Source: a virus
Length of the DNA stretch: 22,737 nucleotides
Reading direction: 5' to 3' (one strand)
Virus record (IMG/VR): IMGVR_UViG_3300024433_002526
This document shows, in pieces, positions 13,040 through 20,986 of this stretch. Positions within the stretch are counted from its first letter, which is position 1. The number at the start of each line of letters is the position of its first letter. Below the pieces are notes generated by a model, which saw only the letters and a list, made by a program, of their open reading frames with translations, searched no databases and was not told where the DNA came from. The translations under genes and the position numbers were made by a program.

Positions 13040-14687
13040 TGAAAACCACCATTGGCTTCGTTGGTTCCGGCTCGTTGTATGCGCCTATCCACGAGCCCTG
13101 GCTCTCGGTGTAATTGACAACGATCTTCCGCCGTACCGGCACCGGGTACTCTCCTTGCGGGCTCATTACGAAGACAGCCGAGCCCTGAGCAGTCGGCAAC
13201 AGATAGTTCTTGTAGAGACGACGCTTTGCCCATGGATCGAGCACGTCGACAACGTCGTCGCAGACTAGGATCGGCACCGGGTTCGGCCAGGTCCCCATAA
13301 GCACCTCACGCAGAGCGGCCTGGATACTCAGGTCGATCTTCCTTCGCTGACCGACCGAGGACTTCTTGTACTGCCCGGCCCGGCTCTGCACAAGCAGGTT
13401 GATCTCGGCCTTGGTCGTGCCCTTCTTCAGCTCGCGATCGGTGCATAGCTGCGCCAGGAACTCGGATTCCCACACATCGTTGCACATCTCGACGAGCTTC
13501 GTGTTCACTGCATCCAGCACCGACCCCATCTTCCGTATTGGGATCTCGGCGAAGGCAGCGTCTAGCAGATCCAACTCAGCAACCTCGCCTGTCGTCTGCG
13601 CCACTGCTGCCTCAACCTGGGCGAGCTGTAGCTCGATCGAGGTAACTTGCTCTGTAGCCGCGTCTACTTGGGCCAGCTCACCAGTAAGCTGCTGCAGCTG
13701 CATGCGGTAGTGCTGGATCTCGGCAAGCAGCTTGTCAGACACAGCTTTCAGATCGGCCAGGGTGCTCGACGCTATGACCCGAGCACACTCAGTGTTCTCG
13801 GCCGTGAGCTTCTTGATCGCGTTCGCCGCTGTCTTCTGGGCAGACTCGATCGCCTGCTTCGAGTAGGGCCTCTTGCAGGTCGGACACGCAGTCATGCTCT
13901 GGAGCGAGGACCTCTGCTGTGCAATCTGGCGCTCAGTATTGTTCTTGTTAGCCATGGCCTGGCCTATGCGAGTCGACTCACCCTGAACCTTTGAGTTGGC
14001 CGCGCCGAGTTGCTGGCTCCTCGCCTGCTCCTGCTGCTGGGCCGTGGTCATCTCCGCCACGATCGTGGCCCTCGGCCTACGCACTTGGGCCTGTGTTGCC
14101 TTGAGCTGCGTCAACTGATTGCGCAGGGTGTTGGCGGACCCTTGTAGCTGCTGCAGCTCGCCAGTGCGCTTCCTGCGCTCCTGGGCAAGCGTAGAGCGAG
14201 CCTGCTTCCAACGTTCGAGCCCGAGCAACTCAGAGAGCTGCTGGGCTCGGTTGCCTGGTGTCCAGGAGGACAGGCGCTCGGCCACCCCCTGGCCAAGGAT
14301 CAACGTCGAGCAGAAGATCTCCTTCGGTGGGAAGACCTGCGCGAGGTACGCTTTGGAATCCGCCAGCGTGCGCGGGCCGCCATCGATCGTGATCTCGTTG
14401 CTGGTACCATCCGCCTTCTGCGACCTCGCGATCGTGACGAATGGAAGCTCCAACTCAACGCGGCACGACTCTGCCCCGTTGTAGCAAACCTCTCGGATGC
14501 CCTCGGTGGTCTCTCCATAGATCACCCATGCTAGAGCGTCAGGCAAGAAGGTGCTCTTGCCTGCACCGTTCGACCGGTCGCCCTCTCCCTCGTAGATGCC
14601 CTCAACTGCAACGAGACCTGCAGTCTCGATCTTGTAAGAGAGTTTTTGGTACGAACGGAAGTTCTCAGCTGTCAGCCTCAGTATCAT
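13029..14687 (-). CDS. Rad50/SbcC-like (T4 gp46-like) ATPase
   Basis: N-terminus 'MILRLTAENFRSYQK' and Walker A 'SNGAGKSTF'. A long Q/A/L-rich coiled coil carries a central 'CPTC' zinc-hook motif. There is a signature-like 'SVGQRRKIDLS' and Walker B 'ILVCDDVVDVLD'. Confidence 0.85.
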   Translation of the reverse strand: MILRLTAENFRSYQKLSYKIETAGLVAVEGIYEGEGDRSNGAGKSTFLPDALAWVIYGETTEGIREVCYNGAESCRVELELPFVTIARSQKADGTSNEITIDGGPRTLADSKAYLAQVFPPKEIFCSTLILGQGVAERLSSWTPGNRAQQLSELLGLERWKQARSTLAQERRKRTGELQQLQGSANTLRNQLTQLKATQAQVRRPRATIVAEMTTAQQQEQARSQQLGAANSKVQGESTRIGQAMANKNNTERQIAQQRSSLQSMTACPTCKRPYSKQAIESAQKTAANAIKKLTAENTECARVIASSTLADLKAVSDKLLAEIQHYRMQLQQLTGELAQVDAATEQVTSIELQLAQVEAAVAQTTGEVAELDLLDAAFAEIPIRKMGSVLDAVNTKLVEMCNDVWESEFLAQLCTDRELKKGTTKAEINLLVQSRAGQYKKSSVGQRRKIDLSIQAALREVLMGTWPNPVPILVCDDVVDVLDPWAKRRLYKNYLLPTAQGSAVFVMSPQGEYPVPVRRKIVVNYTESQGSWIGAYNEPEPTKPMVVFNGA

Positions 14688-14693
14688 CGGGCA

Positions 14694-15149
14694 CTACCCG
14701 CCTGCTCTTGGAGCTTCGTTCTTGGGGCGCCAGAAGGTCACGTTCCCCGGTAAGTGCTTCACGACTTGAAGAACATGTGCGTCAGCGATCCGGTGACGCC
14801 CAGGGAACTCGACGTTGAACGCTGTCCTCGGGTCGTCTTCCGCCATCACTTGCAGCGACTCGACTGCCGCCTGGAGTACGGACATCGTGTGCGATTGCAT
14901 CATCCCAAACCAGCACATCAGTGAGGCACCGCCGCGTGCGAACTGCTCCCGGAGATGTTCCGGGTCGAAAAGGAGCAGGTTGTACGGCTCCTTCTCCTGG
15001 CGGAGTTTCTCAGCCACGCGGCGAGCGATCGGCTGCAAGACGAGGTACCTGATCACGCTGCCAACAGGGTCGACGATGAACGCCGTGCCCGGCCGGTTCC
15101 ACTGAGAAGTCATGTCACCGTACTTGAACGTTGGGTTCCTCATGTTCAT
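14694..15149 (-). CDS. Hypothetical protein (151 aa) between the Mre11-like and Rad50-like genes
   Basis: ATG 15149. Composition is normal. The gene fits tightly between its neighbours (a 23-nt gap upstream, 6 nt downstream). No motif recognised. Confidence 0.65.
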   Translation of the reverse strand: MNMRNPTFKYGDMTSQWNRPGTAFIVDPVGSVIRYLVLQPIARRVAEKLRQEKEPYNLLLFDPEHLREQFARGGASLMCWFGMMQSHTMSVLQAAVESLQVMAEDDPRTAFNVEFPGRHRIADAHVLQVVKHLPGNVTFWRPKNEAPRAGG

Positions 15150-15172
15150 AACAGATTACCCTATGCCTGCTC

Positions 15173-16216
15173 TCAAGCCAAGAACTTCCTCGCCAGCTCA
15201 AGCAGCTTCGGCGAACACTGCCCGCGCTCCGACAGGAGTCGCTCGACGTCTGCCACTGGGTCACCACCCAGATCGAACACAGCCTTCTTCGCTACAACAA
15301 CCGACTCCTTCTTCGGCCGCACCCGCACAGTCTTGATACCAGCTTGCTGGTACGGTGCCGGGTCCACATCCTCAGTCAGGTTCACGTGGAGCTGCTCACC
15401 AATGAACGGGCAGCGTGCAATCTCAATGTCGAGCTGGTCCTTGGTCCCGCTGAAGAACGTGTGTGAGTGCGGGTTCTGCAAATACGTCACACTGCCGGTC
15501 GGCGCCGGATCTGTCTGCCACAAACACGCGCCATGAAACCGACCGAGGTCCTTGAAGTTGTGCGCCATGACACACCCAGGCACATGGATTGGTGTCATCA
15601 CGGGACCAATGTCGTACTCGGCGTTGTTCGCTATATGGTAGTGCCCGGCGAAGACGATGTTGAAGAGCATCGTCACGTCAACGAGGTCGAGACCTTTGTC
15701 CTTTGACCCACCGAGCATCATCCCCTCGATCGGAACGTGCGTGTACAGCGCCGTCGGCTTGTCGTCTGTCTGGACCCAATCCTGGAACTTGTGCTGGCCC
15801 CAGTTCATTGGGTTGTCCATCCATGGCTCGAACGGTAGCAGAGCTATACGGAAGGACCCGTAATCGACCGCCATCGGTTTCTTCACAAAGTAGAATGCCG
15901 AGCTTGGCGGAGGGTCGAAGATGTCGAGCGCAGAATAGAGATCCGAGTACACATCATGGTTGCCGATCAGCATGTAGACGTGGACGCCGTGCTTCACCGC
16001 GAGGCTCTTCAGGGTGTCGATGGCCCACTTCGCCCGGAGGTTTGCCAAGAGGTCCTGGCCCTGAACGCTCTCAATGGTGTCACCGAGCCACACAAGCACA
16101 TTGACATTCCGCGCCAGCACCGTGTCGTGGACCCATCGAACCGTCGCCTCGAAGGCGTCGCCACCGAGAGTCTTCTTGGTCTGTGTGTGCAGGCAGCCTG
16201 CTGTCATCACGTTCAT
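15173..16216 (-). CDS. Mre11/SbcD-like (T4 gp47-like) metallophosphoesterase nuclease
   Basis: I place the start at ATG 16216, which forms an ATGA overlap with the FEN stop. Calcineurin-like motifs are 'WLGDTIES', 'LIGNHDVY', 'YTHVPIEG' and 'FAGHYH'. Motif I reads 'GCLH' rather than the usual D-x-H. Confidence 0.85.
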   Translation of the reverse strand: MNVMTAGCLHTQTKKTLGGDAFEATVRWVHDTVLARNVNVLVWLGDTIESVQGQDLLANLRAKWAIDTLKSLAVKHGVHVYMLIGNHDVYSDLYSALDIFDPPPSSAFYFVKKPMAVDYGSFRIALLPFEPWMDNPMNWGQHKFQDWVQTDDKPTALYTHVPIEGMMLGGSKDKGLDLVDVTMLFNIVFAGHYHIANNAEYDIGPVMTPIHVPGCVMAHNFKDLGRFHGACLWQTDPAPTGSVTYLQNPHSHTFFSGTKDQLDIEIARCPFIGEQLHVNLTEDVDPAPYQQAGIKTVRVRPKKESVVVAKKAVFDLGGDPVADVERLLSERGQCSPKLLELARKFLA

Positions 16217-17181
16217 CGCAACACCTCGAATGCTTGAACCCATGATCCATACGTGCGGAGGAGAGGATTCATCTCGTACAGCGTCATGAATTGCATCACG
16301 GCCTGCCAGTTGAACACAGGCTGCTGATGCCAGTGCATCCAGACCCAGTTCCGTTCCTCTTCGCCCATCGCGAGGCCAGACCAGAACCAGACAAGCTGGA
16401 TGTTGCGCTCGATCTGCTGTTGTACTTCGGCTTCGAGCAGCGACTGGTACTTCTTCGCCTTGGGGAAGTGCTGCTTCACAGCCTCTACCATCTGCGCCAA
16501 GCTCGGACCCTTCGACTTGTCCATGAGATTGCGCACTCCGCCGGGGCCGAGTCCCTTACAGGGCGACGGGATGTTGTCGGACGAGTCGCCAAGGATGCCC
16601 TTCGCTACGATCACCTCCCAGGGTCCCCAATCACTCCAGTCCCGCCAGTTGTCAGCACCGACGACCAGCTCCTTATTCGTAGAGTAGACCATGCTGTGCT
16701 CACCAAGGATCTGCGCAAAGTCCTTGTCCTCAGACACGACGTACGAGTCGCAGTTATACTGGGCCAACGTGTTTGACAGGTACCAGATCGTGTCGTCTGC
16801 CTCGTGCGGCCCATTGACCACAACCACACCGAAGCTCGGAAGATACTGAAGGAGGATGTCACGCTGGTAGATGTACATCTGCCTGTAGTTCTCAGACTCC
16901 ACGCGGTCCTCTTCGCTCTTGTACTCCTTGCGCTTGTACTCAGGGTAGAGGGCCACTCGGTTGGGATGCTTGTCGAAGTCATGAACCCATAACACGCGTG
17001 ACGGGTTCAGTGTCCTGACGATCGCTGTCAGAGACTGGAGCGATTTCATAGCAGCGCCGATCGGAGCACCGTGCGGACCCGACTCAGCGCCGGGCAGGTG
17101 CATCGATCGATGGAGTATGTACGACCCGTCAATTATGGCTACCCCACCGGGTCGAAGCCGTTGTAAGCCAGCCTTCGGCAT
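16213..17181 (-). CDS. 5'-3' exonuclease / flap endonuclease (FEN, PIN-like plus H3TH)
   Basis: Motifs 'VAIIDGSYILHRS', 'HEADDTIWYLS', 'VVSEDKDFAQIL' and 'GILGDSSDNIPSPCKGLGPGG'. I place the start at ATG 17181; the track's 17196 is a TTG. The gene overlaps the end of the RecA-like gene. Confidence 0.85.
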   Translation of the reverse strand: MPKAGLQRLRPGGVAIIDGSYILHRSMHLPGAESGPHGAPIGAAMKSLQSLTAIVRTLNPSRVLWVHDFDKHPNRVALYPEYKRKEYKSEEDRVESENYRQMYIYQRDILLQYLPSFGVVVVNGPHEADDTIWYLSNTLAQYNCDSYVVSEDKDFAQILGEHSMVYSTNKELVVGADNWRDWSDWGPWEVIVAKGILGDSSDNIPSPCKGLGPGGVRNLMDKSKGPSLAQMVEAVKQHFPKAKKYQSLLEAEVQQQIERNIQLVWFWSGLAMGEEERNWVWMHWHQQPVFNWQAVMQFMTLYEMNPLLRTYGSWVQAFEVLR

Positions 17182-18320
17182 TGGTCCACCATCCAAGCTC
17201 TAACATCGGTTCGCTCGATCAAGAACTGACGGTACGTATTCCAGTAGCACGCCGCAGGCGTTGGCATACGGAACGTGATCACCTTGCCCAGGTTCTGTGC
17301 GTCCTCTTTCCCTGGTGCAGTGACACTGATGTGGCTTGCTCGCTGTGACAAGTACTCAAACATGGCGAAGTCATCGTCGAATCCGCCTTGGAATGTCACA
17401 GGTATCCGCGTCCTTCGGTGCGGCGGGAACGTCTTGTTTTTGCGGGCCACGGCATACGGCATCACACCGTAGCTCGCCTTCGACTCACCATAGACCTGGC
17501 CTCCCGCCTGGACAGCCTGGGCCTCCAAGAACTTCTTTGCGCTGCGGAATTCCATGCGGATCGAAGCATGGAATCTGATGCCCTGCCCAAACGGTGTCGC
17601 GGGCTCGGTGTCCCACTGGTTGAACGTCGCGGACACATGGTTCACGAACACCATGAGAGCGTTGTGCTTCGCGACGAGCCCGGTGATCTCTCGCAGTCCT
17701 TCGCGCACAACACGACCCCCAGAACCCGGTCGGTCGTCCTTGGAGTGTGATGCTCCGATAGTATCCCATGTGATCAGCATGGGCTTGTTGTGCTTCTTCC
17801 CACCCAAGAGGCTCTTGATCCACGCATAGCCGTCCTCGATGAACTCGAACTCAAGGTACTTCACCGCGTGAGTGTCGACACCGATGCGGGCCATGCGTGC
17901 AGGGTCGAGCGTGTACTCAGTAATCCCCATACAGACTTCGCCGCCAACACGCTGAACCTGAGCAGCCAGGTTTTCACAGAACGTGCTCTTTCCTGTGCTG
18001 TACGCTCCGACGACCTCAATGATACGACCGACTGGAACTCCCCAGTTCGTCGCGAGCGTACCGTCAGACGGGCTCGGTATGACCTCCCCGTCCTCGGTGA
18101 CAGTGGTGGGGCCACCCATGATCGCATCGAGCGGAGTACACCCACAGCTGATACGCTCGCGAACAACCGAGTAGAGCTTGGCGGTCCCGAGCACTCCGAC
18201 CGGGACCGCCTGCTCTGCCTTCTTGCCCTTCTGCTTCTTTGCGGCCTGCTTCTTGGTGCTCTTCTTCTTGGCCTTCTTCTTCTTGGGCGTCGTCTTCTTG
18301 GTCTGCCTTTTCGCTACCAT
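17139..18320 (-). CDS. RecA/UvsX-like recombinase with Lys-rich N-terminal tail
   Basis: The RecA core is colinear: 'VGRIIEVVGAYSTGKSTF' (Walker A), 'MLITWDTIGA' (Walker B), 'LMVFVNHV', 'PFGQGIRFHASIRMEFR' and 'VARKNKTFPP'. ATG 18320 has GAGGAG 10 nt upstream. ATG 18344 is an alternative start. The tail is 'VAKRQTKKTTPKKKKAKKKSTKKQAAKKQKGKK'. Confidence 0.85.
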   Translation of the reverse strand: MVAKRQTKKTTPKKKKAKKKSTKKQAAKKQKGKKAEQAVPVGVLGTAKLYSVVRERISCGCTPLDAIMGGPTTVTEDGEVIPSPSDGTLATNWGVPVGRIIEVVGAYSTGKSTFCENLAAQVQRVGGEVCMGITEYTLDPARMARIGVDTHAVKYLEFEFIEDGYAWIKSLLGGKKHNKPMLITWDTIGASHSKDDRPGSGGRVVREGLREITGLVAKHNALMVFVNHVSATFNQWDTEPATPFGQGIRFHASIRMEFRSAKKFLEAQAVQAGGQVYGESKASYGVMPYAVARKNKTFPPHRRTRIPVTFQGGFDDDFAMFEYLSQRASHISVTAPGKEDAQNLGKVITFRMPTPAACYWNTYRQFLIERTDVRAWMVDQCRRLAYNGFDPVG

Positions 18321-18385
18321 GAGTTCCGCACTCCTCGTCCGCATCGGACTTCAAGAAGGCACGTTCGACAGAGCACCGAGCCGTT

Positions 18386-18425
18386 GGAGGAGCCGAAGCA
18401 GTTACGCTTACCGTTCGGCCCCTCC
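18386..18425 (-). terminator. Intergenic stem-loop (12-bp stem, 16-nt loop); possible terminator or RNA-processing/regulatory hairpin
   Basis: On the minus-strand RNA, GGAGGGGCCGAA (18425..18414) pairs with UUCGGCUCCUCC (18397..18386) with one G.U. On the plus strand that position is an A-C mismatch, so the structure favours the transcribed strand. No U-tract follows. Confidence 0.3.
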
Positions 18426-18432
18426 TGCTCGT

Positions 18433-20265
18433 CTACTGGGAAAAAGGGGGCTGCTGCCAGTTCGGAGCCGCCATCCCGGCCGGTGCCGGGGCAGGCGCGG
18501 GAGCCGGTACAGCTGCTGGCACCGCCGCAGGAGTCGCGGGCGTTGCAACGGCCTTACACTTCGCGGACTTGTTGAGGTGCGTCGTCAAGCCGCGTTGGCC
18601 GCTGTACTCGTTACCGCAGGCAGGGCATAGGACCTTGTCGGCCTTGGCCTTCCCTTTCGACTTGCCCTTCTTCGCCGGTTCTCCAGCACCATCAGTAGGG
18701 GACGTTGCCACCTGCTGCGGGGCCGGAGCCGGGGGGAAAGGGCTTTGGGGTCCTCCCTGTCCCGGCATCGCCGGAGGCTGAGGGAGAGCGCCAGCCTGAG
18801 GAGCCGGTGCAGGCATGGGCATTGGTGCCGGTGCCCCTGCGGGCATAGGACCAGGAGCCATCATCGGAGCCCCTGGGGGAACAACACCCGGACCCATTGC
18901 TGGCGCCCCTACAGGAGCGCCCGGCACCGCTGGCGGCGCCCACATGTTCTGCTGTGGCTGTGCCAGCATCGGAGCTGGCGTCGGTGCCGGTGCCACGGCA
19001 GCCGGTGCCCCGCCGACCGGGGGCATCATACCCATCGGTCCAACTCCGGCCGGAGCTGCCACCGAGGAACCCACTGGAGCTGGCTGAGGAGCTGACTGCG
19101 GGACCCCGGTGGCAGGCTGTCCGGCCATCGCAGGCATCGGCATTGAGCTTGGGCCACCGACACCCGGTGCGGTGTTCTGGAACTGGTTCGGCGGTCCCAT
19201 CACACCCACTGCAGGAGCTGGAGGCTGAGGTGCGAACTGCTGACCTGCCTGAGGTCCGAACTGCTGTCCCGGCATCCCCATCTGGCCCATCGCGGGTGCG
19301 GCTGCACCATGCGTCTGGCCTACGATGTCGGGAACGGTGAGCTGCAGATTGAGGCCGAGCTGCTCCGGATGGTAGCCTGTCATCTGCAAGCACTGCTGCG
19401 CCAGAGTCTCTGCGATCTTCATCTGGTTCTGGAGCTTCTCGACCGTCGGGATACCGAAGTTCGCGAACGAGTCGAGGTCATGCATGCCGCTGAGAATCTG
19501 CTGCATCGTGTTCGGATCACCGGCGAGCGGACCCTGCATCGTCTGTTGCCATGTGTAACTGTTCTTGCCCTGGAACGACACGGGCTTCTTGACCAGCATG
19601 ATCCAACCTGTCTGAAGGTTGAGGATCGATCCCACGTACGGCATGGACATCAGCTGCACGAGACCCGAGAACACCGAGACGGGCAGGCGCAGGACGTAAG
19701 GCTTGAGCCGCCTGTACAACATGGTGCGGCCCATGTCCTGCGTGTCGTAGATCACCGAGTTGACGTACTGGTAGGAGCGGGGCGTCATGTTGTCGAGGCT
19801 GCCGCCCATGTACTGACTGTACACATCGATCACCTGGCAGATCGGGCACGTGAAACCGTAGTTCGGGTACGACTTCTCCCAGCACGACGAGTGCTGGTTG
19901 CCGAGCAGCTGGTGGTGCGAGCAATGGAACTTCGACCACGCTCCACGCTGTGCAGCCGCGTCGCTCCACGGCGGGAGCACGCGGAACCAGTTGTCACCGG
20001 TCTTGAAGGAGTAGAAGTCTGTGTCCTTCTTCCGCGCCGCGTTCATCGTGCTGATTTCTTCGGCCTGTTTGCGGATGCTCTCCATGTCGACGTCACGAGC
20101 CATGATAGAGTTGACGTCGACACCCGGAGCACCACCCTGGCCGCCCGGCGGCATCGCCGGAGGCTGTGCAGGTGCGAATTGAGCCGCCTGCGGGACGACG
20201 GGTGCCATTCCCGGCTGCCCGGGCATTTGCATTCCCCCGCCAGGCATCATCTGTCCTGGTTGCAT
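18433..20265 (-). CDS. gp32-like ssDNA-binding protein with long P/A/G/M/Q disordered regions and a C-terminal C2HC zinc finger
   Basis: ATG 20265 is preceded by AGGGAGG with a 7-nt spacer. The core (res ~80-300) is colinear with T4 gp32 as I recall it: 'DNWFRVLPPW' vs 'QAVIRFLPS'; His/Cys cluster 'H..C...CPICQ' vs 'H...C...CPVCQ'; 'SYQYVNSVIYD' vs 'SYWANILVVKD'. Low-complexity regions cover res 1-48 and ~318-530. A Lys-rich patch and 'CPACGNEYSGQRGLTTHLNKSAKC' follow. Confidence 0.6.
   Translation of the reverse strand: MQPGQMMPGGGMQMPGQPGMAPVVPQAAQFAPAQPPAMPPGGQGGAPGVDVNSIMARDVDMESIRKQAEEISTMNAARKKDTDFYSFKTGDNWFRVLPPWSDAAAQRGAWSKFHCSHHQLLGNQHSSCWEKSYPNYGFTCPICQVIDVYSQYMGGSLDNMTPRSYQYVNSVIYDTQDMGRTMLYRRLKPYVLRLPVSVFSGLVQLMSMPYVGSILNLQTGWIMLVKKPVSFQGKNSYTWQQTMQGPLAGDPNTMQQILSGMHDLDSFANFGIPTVEKLQNQMKIAETLAQQCLQMTGYHPEQLGLNLQLTVPDIVGQTHGAAAPAMGQMGMPGQQFGPQAGQQFAPQPPAPAVGVMGPPNQFQNTAPGVGGPSSMPMPAMAGQPATGVPQSAPQPAPVGSSVAAPAGVGPMGMMPPVGGAPAAVAPAPTPAPMLAQPQQNMWAPPAVPGAPVGAPAMGPGVVPPGAPMMAPGPMPAGAPAPMPMPAPAPQAGALPQPPAMPGQGGPQSPFPPAPAPQQVATSPTDGAGEPAKKGKSKGKAKADKVLCPACGNEYSGQRGLTTHLNKSAKCKAVATPATPAAVPAAVPAPAPAPAPAGMAAPNWQQPPFSQ
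18676..19314 (-). repeat. Low-complexity coding region (Pro/Ala/Gly/Met/Gln-rich, ~210 aa)
   Basis: Examples are 'PAMGQMGMPGQQFGPQAGQQFAPQPPAPAVGVMGPP...APMPMPAPAPQAGALPQPPAMPGQGG'. It generates several spurious overlapping ORFs in other frames and on the other strand (18692..19393, 18745..19095, 18815..19087, 18897..19340). Confidence 0.85.
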
Positions 20266-20278
20266 CGCTATTACCTCC

Positions 20279-20986
20279 CTAGCCAGTCACCTGGGGTGAT
20301 CGCGGGTCAGACGACTCCCTGATCAGTCCCAATTCGCGCTGGGTCCACACGCTCGCCTGGACGAGCATCTCTGTTTGCATACTGTCGAGCAGGTTCTGCA
20401 GCTGGTAGCCCAGGTACTCCCAGTCATCCTGCAGCTCCTGCAACATCGAGTGCGTCGGGTCATTCCTGATCTGCGCGTCGACCGCGTCGTTCGTCACCTT
20501 GATGCTCTTGTCCTGCATGGACATCTCACCAAGTCTCTGACGGGTCGGCATGTCGAGGTCGCGCTGGCGCATCTTGCGCACACGCTCGACCAGGCGCTGC
20601 ATCTCGGTGGACCACGTACGGTAGAACCGAATGCTCTCCGCGATCCGCACGTACTCCATGACGATCGAACGGATCTCGGTGTTCTGGAACCACGAGATGA
20701 TGTTCACGATCTGCGTGTACATCGGGTTCAGGTACTGCATCGTCTCCAGCAACCGCTGATCGTTCGAGGCCTGTGTCGCCTGGTAGATCTTCTGGATCTT
20801 CGTGTAGAGGTACTGCTGCACGAAGTCGAAGGAAGGCTTGTTCACTGCCTGTCCCTCCACTGGTGGCAGATGCACATACACCTGATCCGGTGTTGGCTGC
20901 GTTCCCCCTTGCGTTGCTGGTGCAGCCTGACCCTGCAACGCACTCTTCTTGACGGCCTTCTTCTTTGCCACTGCTCCTCCTTTCAT
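20279..20986 (-). CDS. Hypothetical helical protein (235 aa) with Lys-rich N-terminus; a recombination mediator or replication accessory role is possible from context only
   Basis: ATG 20986 overlaps the polymerase stop (TGATG). N-terminus 'MKGGAVAKKKAVKK'. The rest is predicted helical, with at most a faint UvsY-like flavour. It lies between the polymerase and SSB genes. Confidence 0.65.
   Translation of the reverse strand: MKGGAVAKKKAVKKSALQGQAAPATQGGTQPTPDQVYVHLPPVEGQAVNKPSFDFVQQYLYTKIQKIYQATQASNDQRLLETMQYLNPMYTQIVNIISWFQNTEIRSIVMEYVRIAESIRFYRTWSTEMQRLVERVRKMRQRDLDMPTRQRLGEMSMQDKSIKVTNDAVDAQIRNDPTHSMLQELQDDWEYLGYQLQNLLDSMQTEMLVQASVWTQRELGLIRESSDPRSPQVTG

Noticed and set aside
20279-20986. 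Calling the 235-aa protein a UvsY-like recombination mediator
   Set aside because: There is only faint helical-pattern resemblance plus genomic context next to the gp32-like and UvsX-like genes. No motif is strong enough to support it, so it is left as hypothetical.
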